From Heteronotia binoei (Eukaryota), in NCBI RefSeq assembly GCF_032191835.1, contig NC_083229.1, positions 28,458,001-28,522,000 on the forward strand: DNA of 64,000 nucleotides, read 5' to 3'. Positions 1 through 13,695 of this stretch are shown piece after piece (position 1 is the stretch's first letter; every line of letters begins with the position of its first letter). A program made the position numbers and the translations under genes. Under the pieces are notes generated by a model. The model saw only the letters and a program-made list of their open reading frames with translations, did not search any database and had not been told where the DNA came from.

Positions 1-177
1 AGAAAATCACACACACATGAATATTGTAGTATACTTTATTTTTTATTGTGTCTATGTCTATGCATATACACATACAGACAAATATACACACACAGGCACA
101 CACACCCCATATTGCATGAACAATATAGTCATTTAAGTTCTTCATGCTATATTTGATGTATCGTTTATGGTGTATGA

Positions 178-258
178 GCCTAAACATGTTTACTTGGAAG
201 GAACTCCCACAGGATTCTGTGAGATTCATTCCCAAGTAAGTGCATGGTATTGCAACTG
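178..258. mobile_element. Short palindromic squamate MITE-like remnant
   Basis: catgtttacttggaaggaactcccac...gagattcattcccaagtaagtgcatg is an imperfect inverted repeat resembling a common squamate palindromic repeat. Confidence 0.45.
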
Positions 259-1299
259 TATTGCATTTTTTACTATGTTCTATTAGGTATGTTCGGATGT
301 GCGTTGGAGGATGTACATGCCTAGAATCCATACTGCAGCTCTATTAATAAAAAGCAACAGTCCTTACAGAAGAGAGTCCTACAGTGACTGCTTGTTAGAT
401 TTTAGCATTCAGACCATATTTTGGTTTTTTATGTTCTTTGGTACTCTTAGGGAGTGCCGTAACTTTTCAAATAGTTAAGGCCGTGTTGACTAATTGCTTC
501 TTGCTGTTAAGGTATGAACGTAGTTCATTGTGGAACAGTTGTGTAAAAGTGCTCTAAACCTTCAGTTTTTATAACTTGGGTGTATGTGAAGATAGTAAAT
601 CTGAAATACTGCCATCTGAAAAACTATTTACAAAATCTTAAAAACATTTTTTTGTCATTCCTAGCAATATTTTTCTGTTAATTTCATGTAAGTTTTAAAG
701 TATAAATGTGCATTCTTGAGTATAACTGATTGGTAAATACCTCTGGCAACACTTGAATCTATTAACTTTGCTGGAGACATGGACAGATCCTCCATGTGAC
801 AACACTAGTAACAGTGCTGTACTCAGAGTGTACAAAAAGCTCTGAAGTTTGTTGTGAAGTGTTTGGAAAAGTTTGTAGTTAACCATTTTAGAACATATCC
901 AGTTGTGTGTGTGTGGGGGGGGTCTAAAATGGGGGGGTGTCTGTAGAAATGTGGAAATCATTGACATTTTAATGTGCTTTCTGTTGAAAAACAAAAGCTC
1001 AAGGAATTCATAAGGCCTCAATCCTAGAAATGCTTTGGTGGCTTCAGATTTCATTGAAATCAGTGAGACTTACTTGTTGTGTAATGTGCTTGGGATTGGG
1101 GCCTTGGGTTAAGGAATTGGCTGTGAACAGCAATACATTCTGGTGTTAGGATCTGGTGTTAGTGCATAAAATGAATCCATTCATTCCTTCAGACTGACAA
1201 CTTTTCAGTTGGTGTTTACCTTTGCTTAATTTAGTTTCCTCAAGGACAACTAGTGAGGTAGTTTAGATTTGTATTTTTGGCAGTCTTTGCAGTAAATAT

Positions 1300-1810
1300 A
1301 TACTGTAAGTATTTGAATCAATTAATTGATTTACAGACAATCTCTAAAATTGTAGGTGATTACAGCCTAGTATAGTTTATATTTGATTTTCTTAAAGGTA
1401 AACAGCGAAAATTTTTGTTGGCTTGTTCTCTTTCAACATCCTATAAAATTTTCAGACACTAATAACTATTATAAACTATTATACTATTATGGCTGTCAAT
1501 CAAACAATTTTTAGCTGATTATCTTTTAAAATCAATTAATTGATTAACTACAACAGTTAAAATTTATTTACATTTGCACAGTGCCAAAACACTTAAATTA
1601 AACAGGTGCCGTTTTGCGGTATTCAAGGAAACTTCCACTATTGTTAGAAGGAAAAACCATCTTTAACATTTTCCTCCTCATTTCCTATTAACAGTAGCAT
1701 GCCAGAAATAGAGTAAAAAACAACAACAGAAACATTGTAGGTCAGCGCTACAGATTGAAACTTTCCCTCACCAATTAATCAACAAACTTTAGCTGATTGA
1801 TCCACTAGTT
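1300..1810. mobile_element. Old hAT-type MITE remnants (CpG-decayed AATCGATTAATCGATT subterminal motifs)
   Basis: The perfect palindrome aatcaattaattgatt occurs at 1316-1331 and 1530-1545. TIR-like gattacagccta lies near 1360 and tatggctgtcaatc near 1490. Confidence 0.35.
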
Positions 1811-2320
1811 CAAGCTTGCAGCCATATTGAAAAGTTTTAATAATTAATTGTGACTACTCATCATTAGAAATGTTGGTTACAGCATATCTACTTTGCATAT
1901 ATTTTTGCCTTTCCTTATAGGCAAATTTTTCTTCCCTGTTTCAAAGATGGATAGTTCTTTTCAAAAACACATATCATGCTTTTGGAACTTCCTTCAGATA
2001 TAATGTCACAACAAAATGATGATTTAGGTTTGACAGTTAAAATCTCCACCCAAATATATAGCTATTTTGATAGTTCTGTGATTACCTTGAGTGTAATGAT
2101 GAACTCAAAGGAAACTTTACAGTAGTTTCGTTACACTGATTTTTGACAATTGAAATGCCAAAACCAAGAAGACTCACCAGACGGTCAAGATGTACTAACT
2201 AAATTGAAGCTAGTTTTGTACTATTAATGTCAGTTGGGCTAAACCAGTTTAAATAATACACAACAAGCATAACTGACAACCCAGCTATATTTAAAATAAT
2301 TGGATTTAAACCAGATTATT

Positions 2321-2366
2321 TCTCTCTCTCTCTCTCTCTCTCTGTGTATGTGTGTGTGTATGTGTG
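2321..2366. repeat. (CT)n-(GT)n compound microsatellite
   Basis: tctctc... followed by tgtgtatgtgtgtgtgtatgtgtg. Confidence 0.95.
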
Positions 2367-2619
2367 AGCAATCTGAGCTCACTCGTCCTTTTGATAGTAT
2401 ATGGACTTCTCTGGGACTTTTGGCTTACATAAATTTACATCATGGATTAAGTGTATGTCAGGGTCTTAAGAGCAAATGGATATATGTAAATCATTGAATA
2501 GTAAACTGAAGATATATCTAGGATTTAATCTTACATTCACTTTTGCATTAATGTTCAAAGTGTTTTTGAAGCTATTTTAAAAGAGCCTGCTAGAGTTGGT
2601 TACATTAACACATTGCATG

Positions 2620-2743
2620 CTTGTAGATCCAGATAGGCAGCCGTGTTGGTCTGAAGCAGTTGAACAAAGTTGGAGTCCAGTAGCACCTTTAAGACCAACA
2701 AGGTTTTGGTCTTAAAGGTGCTATTGAACTTCTACTTTGTTCT
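2620..2743. mobile_element. Penelope-derived fold-back mini-element
   Basis: Begins tagatccagataggcagccgtgttggtctg. Arms 2674-2697 and 2707-2730 are inverted (22/24). Flanked by acattgcatg (2610-2619) and acattgtatg (2744-2753). Confidence 0.8.
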
Positions 2744-5700
2744 ACATTGTATGTGTGTCTTCAAAGTTTTCCGTCGCTCATTATTTAAAGCGATAGTGTA
2801 CCGTGGTAACTTCCCACTGTATACCCCAGTTCCCCTCTCAGTGCTGGATATGTTGAAATGAAGTATGCATTTTACCTTAGAAAGTTTTGAGTAGGGTTGT
2901 AAAAGTACCTGAGTACAATTCCACAAACCTTTCAGTGTGAAATCTGTTGGTAGATATACTAGAATAGCCTGGGATTTACCTAATTTATCTACAGTTTATC
3001 TTAATTCTGTTATTGCCACATGACTTTGTCTAGTACAATTGCATTTTGTCTTTTATGTGAGGATGAATTACAGGTGGTTTGAGATGCCCATGTATGAAAT
3101 GGCTCCCTTATGAAAAGTAATATGAAGTCTCATGTTAGAGCTCTTTCCTTACTGACTGTCTTCAACTCAGTATGTTTTCTTAAAATTCCGTACGCGTTTG
3201 GAAAAGTGCTGATGACTTTAGTAGACCACTTGGTTGCATTTTCTGATCTTCTGATAAAACTTTCTAAACGATGAATAATCACAATCATCTTACACATTTT
3301 TGTCTAATGAGTTGTTGTGCATTACAATTTATAAGTAAAAAGACACCTGCATCCCAGGATATACCTGTGAAACTTGTGGTGGTGTCCATTGCTAAATCTT
3401 ATGGACCACTTCTAATGTTTAGACGAGTTGATGAATTATATTACAGTGGTTGTTAATGGCACACTCTGCTTTTGCAGACATTTTCTTATTCCAAAATTGT
3501 GGGTGATGCTTGAGAGTGTCCCTGAATGCAGAATGTCTTTTTCTTCTCTGAAATTTATTTCATAAAAAATATTTAATTTTTCCAAATGCACTAGCCCCTT
3601 TTAAAAACTTGTAATAAACTCTTTACAAGAGGCTAGACACCTTCCCCTGGTGGTTTTATTTATGCAAGAAGGAAACTTTCTCTCCCCCTTTCTTGCTCTC
3701 TCTCTCTTGTTTTCTTTAAACCGAATGACGTAATGCCAAACTTTGCTTTAAAAGAACAGACAGAAGTAATTGGTAGCTTTTAACTTTTAATAATGTTCTG
3801 GATTGGTTTTAGTGGCTTAACTGCCATTTTTAAAAAACGACTCAAGTAAAACCTGGCTTGTGGCCTGAAGAAGAAAGACCCTGTTGATGCAGTTATTTTG
3901 ATTCTTCTTTTTCAATCAGTTATTTTCATTTTTACCTTCCCCACTGAGCTTTGCTATGTTTCCCCAAATGTGCTTTGCAAATGTCGGTGCATTGCAGGTT
4001 ATGGTAACTCAAGCTGGTTTTTTTTTAAAGTAAAGTTCCCTATGGAGTTTTCAAATGCCTCTTTTTTCTTTCCCCTACCCCCCTCTTCCTCCTCTTCTTT
4101 AATTTGGAGAATCAATTCATCTTGGATTAATAATTGTTAGTGTCAATTAAGTTATTACTTTTAATAACGTCGAGGACCAGTTTACACCTGTTAATGAAGG
4201 GCAAGAACCATGTAAATGGAACAGGAAAAAAATCCAAAAAAGAATGATCTGTTTCCAATAAATCACAAACATTTCATTTAAAAATACGTTTATTCTCTCA
4301 TTCACTCTGTTATTTATTTTACACTTGTATTTTTCTTTGCAAATTTGACAGTGCAAAGAAGGAAAACAGTCAGCCTGTGAAGCTGCTCTGTATATGATAG
4401 CAGTTATTAATTTTTGAACTATTCATTTTGAAATATTCAAACTTTTCAAAATATTATATATAGTATTTGCTTTATAATCTTCTTTTGTCTGTCTTTCTTC
4501 CCCCCTTCCCTCAGCCCTCAAGCATGTCTTTTTTTCATGCCAGCAGAACAATCTGTTTGTAACTGAATTAAGCAAGAGACATTTTGTTGAGGTTAACGCT
4601 GATGCGACTTCATAAGTTGGCAAATTTGGGAATCTCGAAAAGACCGAGTCAGCTTGTGCCAATTTTTCCTTCCTTTAGGGGAGGCACTCCACCCAGTGGA
4701 CGGGTACCCCACCCAAAGTGGAGAACTATAATTCAGTGGCACCACTCTTTAACATGTCAATTCTCTCTGGAGTTCAAATTCTAGACTTGTCTTGATTTTT
4801 AGCTTTGGTTCAATTTCTTTATATTGAAGAACTCTCTCATCTGTAAAAGCTCATTGTTGGGGTACCTTTGAAAATCTTGCTGAGGATTAACTCACATAGA
4901 TGTGAGTACGATTGGTAATGGTCTCAGGATAGATATGTAATTTTTTTAAAGCTAGCACAACTGTATTTTAACTTATCAGCTAAAAGCAGACAGTTGAAAA
5001 TATTTTGCCCACTCCCATGATATGAAAGTGTTTCGATTCAGTACTTTATTAACTTATGTTCTATACAGCCACAATAGATTCTACAGCATGGTTTAAATGA
5101 AATATGCAGTTTAAATCATTTAGTCTTGTTGACAGCAATGGGGCTAAACTAGTTTTCAGTCCTGGTACTTTATGTTGATCAGTTTGTGGTCTGGTCTGTA
5201 CATGAATTTACTTGCAAAAGATGGATTGGTACCCAGTGTCTAATTTTCTCATTTTTTAAATCTATTAACAGTTCTAGACATTCAGTTTTCCAGTTCCTTC
5301 ATAACTATGGATAATATCTAGACATTTGATTTTGTGATGCTGAGATATCGCAGCGTCAAAATGCCGTATAGGTTTTTTTTTTAAAAAAAATTAACTAGAT
5401 TTTTTCCAGGTTAATTAGTTTGAATTTTTTTTAGTGTCACTGCCTTTTTTCCTAGCAGGTAACTTGAATTAATCAATTTAATAATGAGAGAGGAGCAAGT
5501 TACTGAAAAGCCTTTTTGTGTGTGTGTGTGTGCAAAACATTTATTCTGGCTCTACATATGCCACAAAAACTTGAGGTAGGATAATCTTATACCATTCCAT
5601 TTTGGAGGTGGCAAATTCTACCTTTGAATTTATGCCATACAATAAATAAGAAAAATACCTTTTTTTTACAAGAAAAAAATGTTAGCATGTCAGGATCTCT

Positions 5701-8700
5701 GCCTTTTCTGTTCCTTTTCTGTTTTGCAAGGATTTTTAAAAATATAGTGGATTCTCACTCCATGTATAGATCAGTCTTTTTAATGAACAGCATTCGCTCG
5801 ATCCTTGTGTTATTAGTTTATTCTTTTAAATTTATTTTTATCCCCCCTTTTATATCCTACTCCCACCCCCTCAAAAAAAGAAAACCTCAATTTGTGTGCC
5901 TTAAAAATTCAGCTGTGGAAGATTCTTGAAAAAGTTCATCAATTATACTTATCTTTCTGTACAAGATTTACTTTAATGCTATGGTTCAGTTTTGCCTCAA
6001 ACCATTTCAAACTACCTCTGTCCCAGGAACCTACTATTTCTGGGTTCCTGAGAGATTAAGTATGACAGTTTGCATTATATAATGAACAGCAGCATTGTTT
6101 GAACAAAGGTAACATATTTTGATTTGCGTGCTTTTTTCTCCCTGGCTGTTGGCAGTAGCGTTGGTCTAGCTATGGAATGATCTAACAGTGTAAATATCTG
6201 AATTGGTTTGAAACTTATAATACAAGGAATAGTGTATTCGAAATCATTAGCTCTATCTGTCTAGCCTGTGTACAGTAGATTCTCTCTCACATACACACCC
6301 AAAGTACACTACCTTATTGCTGCCTTGGTATATTCTTGTACAATGATTATTATTATTTTTTGTGCTATACATCCTGAACTACTTAGATATTTTTAACCTA
6401 CTCTATGAAAGACATGTGCAGTGAATGCTTATTAAAACTTAAGAAAGTTTTTGGTGCGCTACTTATGAGCAGGATATAACATATCCTGCAGCCACACTGA
6501 CTTATAGCACTGATATTTTCTGTCGTTATTATAGAGTTATCATTTGTAAATGGCACCCACGTTCTACTGAAGTCAGTGGCAGGCACCTCATTGGTTTTAA
6601 TGGGGCACAAAGTTGTAGCCATAATTAATGTTGCAGGTTAAAGCTAGACGTAACTCTTGTTTTAAATGCTCAGTGCAAATACACTGGGATGCCTTTGGAG
6701 TTTATGTTGCTGTGATCTGAAATAGCCTAAAGTAGGAGAAGAACAGCTTCCCGTCTGATGTTGTTCTATATGATTTTTGAAGCGTGCCCTTTTTCACACC
6801 ACTGCGCAACAGTTTTCACATCACAACAGAACAATAAAGGCAGGGATGCAACTCTGTTGGCACAGATCACATATGGAAAAGCAATTGAGAAATTTACAGA
6901 AGATGACGTGCATTTGTTGGTCAATAAAAAGCAAATCTTTGTCTCCATAAATATCTTTTAAAATAAGATTTTTTTTATTTAAAAAAAGATTGCAATTACT
7001 TGGACAATGTCCATGATATACAAAACAGATTGGTTTAACACGTAGTCCATTGTTTAGGTCTAAATTGGGTCAACCTTTCACCTCTTAAAAACAGATAAAC
7101 AAATTTCCCCTCTCTGACCCCTTCACCCAAAAATCTGCAAAAAAAGATTAGTCTTTCTCTCTGCCCTGAAGGTCAGATAACTCTGGCTCTTCTCGACAAA
7201 TAGGAGAAGTGAATTCCCGAATGGATGGCTCTCCACTAAGGAAGCTCTTCTGCCCAGACTCCAGATGTTCGCATCTTTGAGCTCTTTGAAAAATATACTC
7301 CCAATATACTTTGTCGATGGTAAGAGAAAGGCACGGTTCCTTCAGTGTATCTCCCTAAATTCTCCCCCCCCCCCCCGCAACAAATGAGGTGCAATAAATA
7401 TTGCTCTTGGAGATGCCTTTCCATGCAGTAATTAGTATTTTACTGGGACTTGTACATGCTATTTTTTTCCAATAATTTAATGTAATTTAATCCCATGGAT
7501 GGTGGCTAGGCATATTGTAGGGACATCATTACTTTTTAGAGGGGTAAATCTCATGTTCCTTGTGTTACGAAAATAAATTATACGCAAAGGTGTTAACAGC
7601 GCATATCTGAGTTGACTGGCATGCCTCAGTTTAGACCAATGTGTGCTTTAGGTTTGGTTTGACTTCCTGGAATCAACATAAATCATGAACTTTTTTTCCC
7701 CCTTTTGCATATAAAGATCCCTATGCGTGTATACATAACACCAGGTGCATGTCAAATGCGCAACCTTTTTTTTAGGGGCTGCAAACTTCTTTAAAGTCTT
7801 TTTTTAGACATTGTAAATAAATATTATAGCGCCTTGATGCAGGTGCTATTTTGAGGGCAGTTAATGAAGATCCTGTTTGCAACTAAACAGCGCTGAAAAA
7901 TAACCTGTTATTTGGAAAATTATTCTAGAATGCCTTGCCTGGATAAGGCTGCCAGCATTGAAGGTTTAGTTCTGCGAAGCTGTTTTAAACAATCGGTTTG
8001 ATTTTGGCGTGGACCAGTTTTGGAGACAATCCTATTAAGATTTCCACTAAGATTATTGAAGTGATTGGGTAACTGCGCCTAATTTCCCCCTTCCGTGCTA
8101 AATTGGCAGAGGCCAAATGGTACTATTGAAAAAACTTCTATATTACTGCTAGAATGTTGCAGTCCATAATCAGAGAGTGATCCATAAATTTCTCTCCTCC
8201 CCCGCCCCCCCCGCAGCGCAACACTGATATTAGTGAGAGGTTCTTGAGAATAAACAGAAATTACTCTGCTCTCTATATAATGGTCATTTCTTAGCCCACC
8301 AGGAATAAATGATCTCCGGTACTCTGCTTTTATATAGGTGTTACTTTCTCATCTGCAAAGCATGATACAGTCTCTTATTGCCTCTCCATTTTTATCCTGC
8401 TTCTCTTCCCCCGTCAGAAGCTTTTTACACTGTGTATATATACACATAGGACACGTCTCTTCTAAAAATATGCACAAATCAAACTCCCCCAAGTGTTACA
8501 CAATTTTTAAACAGAAAGCATCAGTGTTTGTTTTGTCCTTTCTGAGCCCTTAATGAGTTTAAAGTATTTACTGTGATGTAATGAGAATTCTGACACAGAG
8601 ACTTACAGGGGAGGAACTGGGGGGGGGAATAACCCCCAAAGTCCCACTTTTACTTGTGACTAGTTTTGTGAGGAAATTAAGATGAAGGTGTTTATCGGCT

Positions 8701-9710
8701 CAGAAAAAGTTGAGCAATATTAAGTGACTATATAGTTTGTTTTGTTGTGGTGGGACAAAATAAAATGGGATAGCGATTGGGATGCCTGGGTTGTTTTATG
8801 GACCGGGAATGCAAGCTTGAAGTCTGGGATGAAAATAGGTTTGCGTGCAGAAATGAATTTGACAGGAATTTAAGATAATAGTGGCTATTCATATATTTAA
8901 TTGAGGGAATTCTCCAGCTGAACTTGGTCTTTCTTGAAGATCCTAGTCATAGTTGCTATGCCAAGCAAAAGCTCTGCCATCCAGCAGCTGCATAAGATGC
9001 TGTTCAGTCAGGGCTTCCCAGTACAGTGGTCACTGTTATATCTGGAAAGCTGAATGGCTTGCTCTAAGTAGCTGCTTTAGGGCTGTTTGTGTGTTAAGTG
9101 CTGTCAACTCGTTTCCGATGTATGGTGACTCTACGAATTAATGATCTCCAAAACGTCCTATCATTAACAGTCTTGCTCAGGTCTTGCAAGCTGCATTTAT
9201 GACTGTATTCAACCCTAGATCTCATTTCTTTGGGTAAATTGGTGTTCCTGTTTTCAGACAGTCAGATTGGATATTAATGTGTTCCTCAGGAACATAAGAG
9301 TTCTTGGTTCAAGGCTCAGATGAAATGGCACGCTCTATAGAGATTCAGCTCTGGATCAACACATGCCTCCACGGTCCAGAAGAAGTCCCAAATGTTTGCC
9401 AGCTGATACAGTTCTGACCTTTTGTTTATTGAAATGCACAGTTGAAGCACACTTTGGAAAGTTCCACGGTGGAGTAGAATGTAAACTCATATTTTATTTT
9501 ATTTATTTGGTAGATTTATATTCCACCCTTTCCCATATGGGCTCATAGTTGAAATGTCATTTGGGAGAAGTGTCTGGAGGCTTGTAAACTCACTTCCAGT
9601 CAAGATTTAGTGTCAGACATCAATCAATGGAAACTTAACTGTGTGTGTTTGTGGGGGGAGCCTTTCAAAACAACTATTGTGGGGGATGCACTCAACCAAG
9701 GCACTCCAGC

Positions 9711-9809
9711 CAGGGTCATAGCTAGCATGGGGGCACAGGAGTGGGGGTGGGGGTGCTGCAGATTCTATAGAGTGTACAGCCCGTGTCCCCCTTGCTGGTT
9801 ATGGCCCTG
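9711..9809. mobile_element. 99-bp hAT-type MITE
   Basis: TIRs cagggtcatagctagca / tgctggttatggccctg. 8-bp flanks actccagc / cttccagc (6/8). Confidence 0.7.
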
Positions 9810-10448
9810 CTTCCAGCCCTCTGTTCACATGGCACAGATGACGGAAGGAAGAGCAGGGGGAGAACATCCTTATGGAAGACCCATGCCAAACATTGACAAC
9901 TTTAAAAAGAGGCCCCAACAGATGACAGACAGTTCCACTTTCTTCAGCCTACCTGTTAACTTATTATTATTTTTTAAAAATAAATGTTTGGCTTGGAAGC
10001 ACAGAAGCTTTATGCAGTATCTCCGATGCTTCATGTTTCCTGGTTAAGGGAAACTTGCTGTTCAAACAATTACAAAGATGATTTGACTCCAATGGTAACA
10101 AGAGAAAGAAATTTTACTTACAAAAATATAAGCATGTCTTACATGACATATGCATATAGGTGCATTTGACTTACTGGAAACAAATTAATTTCAGAAAGGT
10201 TAACTTGCTACAGCTCCAAGTTCAGGTAAGAGAAAAAGAAGGTCCTATGTAAAATGAAACAGAAGGCAACCAATGGCTGAAGAAGGTCAACATCTAATCA
10301 ATGAGAGGGTGATGCCAACTGCCCCATGTACCTGAGTGAGAGACTTCTCTTAACCTTTTCCCAGATCCTCTTGTATGCAGAATTATAATATCCAACAACA
10401 TCATCCCCAATAGCCCCATCCCTGCTCACTCCCTGTCAAACTGCTAAC

Positions 10449-10757
10449 CAGGGATGTCCAAACTTGCTTAAAGTAAGAGCCACATAGAATAAATGTCAGA
10501 TGTCTGAGAGCCGCAAGTCAAGAATGTCAGATGTTTGAGAGCCACAAGACAGGAAGGGAGGGAGGGAGGAAAATAGATTGGGAGTGGGATGGAGAGGTGG
10601 AAAGAAAGCAAATTTAACTTTAAATGCATTCTGCAAGCTGCTTGGCTTGGAGAAAAATGCCTTCTCCAAGGCGGTTGATGAGGCTGTGAGGGTGTTGAGA
10701 ACCACACAATATGTGTGAACAGCATACGTTTCCTGAGCCACAGTTTGACCACCCTTG
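10449..10757. mobile_element. hAT-type non-autonomous element
   Basis: TIRs cagggatgtccaaact / agtttgaccacccttg. Degenerate flanks share tgctaa. Internal duplication of aatgtcagatgtytgagagccrcaag. Confidence 0.7.
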
Positions 10758-10839
10758 TGCTAAGCTGTTTTTCAGTGGTTGAGGACAGGGAGGTAGTAAA
10801 CAGGAAGCTCTTAGATATGGCTATATCGGAATAACAACA

Positions 10840-11025
10840 GATGTCTGAAACAAAGCTGATATAGCATGATTCTTAATATTGCCATATTTACCATTATGGG
10901 ATTGAATTGATGTTTTAAAAGTTTTTTTTAATATGGTTATTGTTATAATTTTATGTTGTAACTTGTCCTGGGGGTCTATTTGTGGGGAGGGCAGGATAGA
11001 AATTTTATTTTTATTATTTTTATTA
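10840..11025 (+). mobile_element. L2-like LINE 3' UTR/tail remnant
   Basis: ggggagggcaggatagaaat followed by an (TTA/TTTTA)n tail, similar to the reverse complement of the L2 tail at 55493-55565. Confidence 0.4.
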
Positions 11026-11449
11026 ATAATCACATTCTCAGAAGAGTGCAAGAGTCCTTCTGAACCAGAGCATCTAGTAGGAGAAACAGGCTTCTGGGAA
11101 GTTCATAAGCAAGGGCTAAAGGCAATATTGTTCATTCACCAGGAGAGGACATTTAGAGGTACACTGTTATTGAACATGGAGGTTCTGTTTAGCTGTCATG
11201 GATAATAACCATTGGTAAACCTAATCTTCTGAATATTTTATTGTAGGCTCAGTTTGTTGTAATTAAATCACAGGGCATGTGTCTTCCTTGTCTGTTTCTT
11301 TTTTGTTGTCATTTCTTCAAAGCTTGTCATTATAGCTTAACATACATGCTTACAGTCTAGTGTGGTGTAGAGTCCTAAGAGCATGAGCCATAAACCAGAG
11401 CATTTCTGGTTGAAATTTTGGTCTGAAACCAGGAACACCTCAACATCGT

Positions 11450-11535
11450 AATTCTAACTTGAGTTGCTCCTTTCTGTGTCCATTAGAGTCAATGGTCTTA
11501 GAAGAGTGTATCCGTGTTTAGGATTGTACTGTAAA
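11450..11535. mobile_element. Palindromic MITE, ACAGTGCAATCCTAA family
   Basis: Ends gtgtttaggattgtactgtaa. The same terminus recurs near 18785, 20305, 22420, 41260 and 56270. Confidence 0.55.
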
Positions 11536-12869
11536 CTGTCTCGGGCAAACCACTGTTTCTATTCCTCAGCTGACTGTGTTTTATAAGGGGTCAGTAATGC
11601 TGGTGTAATTTATAGGGTGGTTTTTTAGTGTAGTGAGATAATGGGTTTGATACAACTGAGTGTTTAAAAGTGCTGCTGTGTCATGGTACCAAACGTTTTT
11701 GCAATCTGTTACACTTGCATCATTCTTTATAAACTTTGATGGATGCAGGGATTCAGTAAGCTACAGACAGTGGACTCTTTTTGAGAGCTTTGGAGGTTGA
11801 AGATGCAAAATACTAATACCCTTTTTTGCATTTTTGAAAAAAAGGAGTATTTTTTGGCTTCAGATACCTTAGATATTTGAAAGATATAACTAGTTGCAAA
11901 TCAGGTAATTATTTGAGTATTCGCCCACAATAGGCAAAGAATTTCAGGATTAGACCCCCCCCCCCTTTTTTTTTTGTTTCTGAATTTTGAAAGCACTACA
12001 AATGATACATGGTAGCCTGAGGTGTCTGATAGTTTTTGATGCATCCTGTGTTCATATCAAGGCTGTAGAAAATTCCAGAGGAATCACGGTGATGGTGTTT
12101 AGCTAAGAAGTAGTTGGAACTAATAGTTTCGTATCAGTCCTTCATAATTTTATTCTGCTTTAGTCATTCCACAGCTCTGAAAGCTGCAGTAAAGTATTGC
12201 ATCCCCCTTCTGCCTCCTATTCCAAACAACCTGTTGTCCTGTCAGCTCAATAAAACTGCTTTGTGGTTTGTTTTTCTGAGCAGTACATAAACGTAATTGG
12301 AACCACCTGCGATCAGAAGAAGGGAAAAAAGAGAAACTTGTTTCAGAAACCTTCAGTGTTACTCTGAACAAGAAATTCTAAAATGCCAAAGTTTTTTTTT
12401 TTAAAGTACAAATAAAAAGATGTAGCTGTGGAATTTGTTTTAGTGGGCAGAAGGATTGGTGGTTAAAGATGTGTCTTCCCTTTTAAGCCTTTTGGCATTT
12501 ATGGCCTCAAAAGATATACGTCTGAAGAACAAAGAATTGACGATACAGTAAAAGCCTTTATACCTGAAAACAACTTCCATCGTATAGGCATATGTTCACT
12601 TATTTGTATCTCTTCCTTTTTACTTTCATATAAAAAGGAATTTTGAAGGAAATTCGTTAAAATGCTATGAAGATTTACACTTAGTGGCAATGGTACTTAA
12701 GGTTTCTACTGAATTGCTTTCAGGCAGGACAAGGGTTAAAGAAGTTTCACTTGTTTTGGTATTAAAAGGTAACTTTGGGTTTTGCTTTTTGGCATTTTGT
12801 ATCAGAGAAGGGGATAAAACCAAAGACATTTCCTTGATTCGAAGCAGGTAAAAATATTTAGGATTGGAG

Positions 12870-13058
12870 AAATAGATCCAAGTGGGCAGCCGTGTTGGTT
12901 GGATGCAGTGGAACTAAGTAGGAGTCAAGTTGCTATATGTAACTCTGCTCTCTGTACCTGATTTCTCGTCCGATGAAGTGTGCTTAGAGCGCACAAAGCT
13001 TATATTCTGAATAAAACTTTGTTGGCCTTAAAGGTGCAACTTGACTTCTACTTTGTTC
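12870..13058. mobile_element. Penelope-derived fold-back mini-element with decayed hammerhead motif
   Basis: Same start as the 2620 copy (tagatccaagtgggcagccgtgttgg) and same end (ctactttgttc). Exact 11-bp flank taggattggag at 12859-12869 and 13059-13069. Contains ccgatga-agtgtgc-ttaga-gcgcac-aaagctta. Confidence 0.85.
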
Positions 13059-13695
13059 TAGGATTGGAGGGGTGTGTGTGAGAGAGAGAGAGACAAAGAG
13101 AGGGAGGGGGATACATATTCTAGAAACTGGTGTTTAGAATGTTACAAAACTGAAGCGGCTGTGATCAGTTTCCCATCATATTTTCGAGTCTTCCTTAGTT
13201 AAAATCTAATCCTTCTGTGTCCTGAGCAAGTAAGCTGTTTCCTGTTCAAACAGGATAACCTAGCAAGCTATAGGATTTCCGTGCCTCTCCCTTATTCCCT
13301 AATATTTCACAGATTTTGTTTGGTTTTGGTTTTGTGTCCAGAGGGTGATATAGTGATTGAGACATATATCATGTAATGATTTTACATATGTTTAATGATT
13401 CCCCCCCTCCGCTTGCCATCAGGGAGATATGCTGTTTCTCAGAGCAAGCTCCTCATTAACTGAAAGAAAGAAACCAAATTCTTTTTATACCAGTGCAAAT
13501 TAGGAGTGGTAGCTGCAATTCATTCCCTTACAAAAACAGAAATTTACTTTTCAGTTATTTTGACTTCATCCAACATTATGGTTTTAAACTGTGTTTTACT
13601 TGTGATGATGTGTAAAGCGCTGAATGGAACTCAGGTTATTTTGTGGTATGTTAAAAAAATAATGAAAAACCTGGCCTCAATACCGTTCTGAATCA

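Noticed and set aside
2090-2140. ATGATGA...CTGA as a C/D snoRNA
   Set aside because: It spans only ~44 nt from C to D box, has no recognisable antisense element, and the flanking stem geometry is wrong.
5445-5465. ttttttcctagCAGgtaac as a 3-nt microexon or recursive splice site
   Set aside because: A single short motif of this kind is expected by chance in T-rich DNA and cannot be supported without RNA data.
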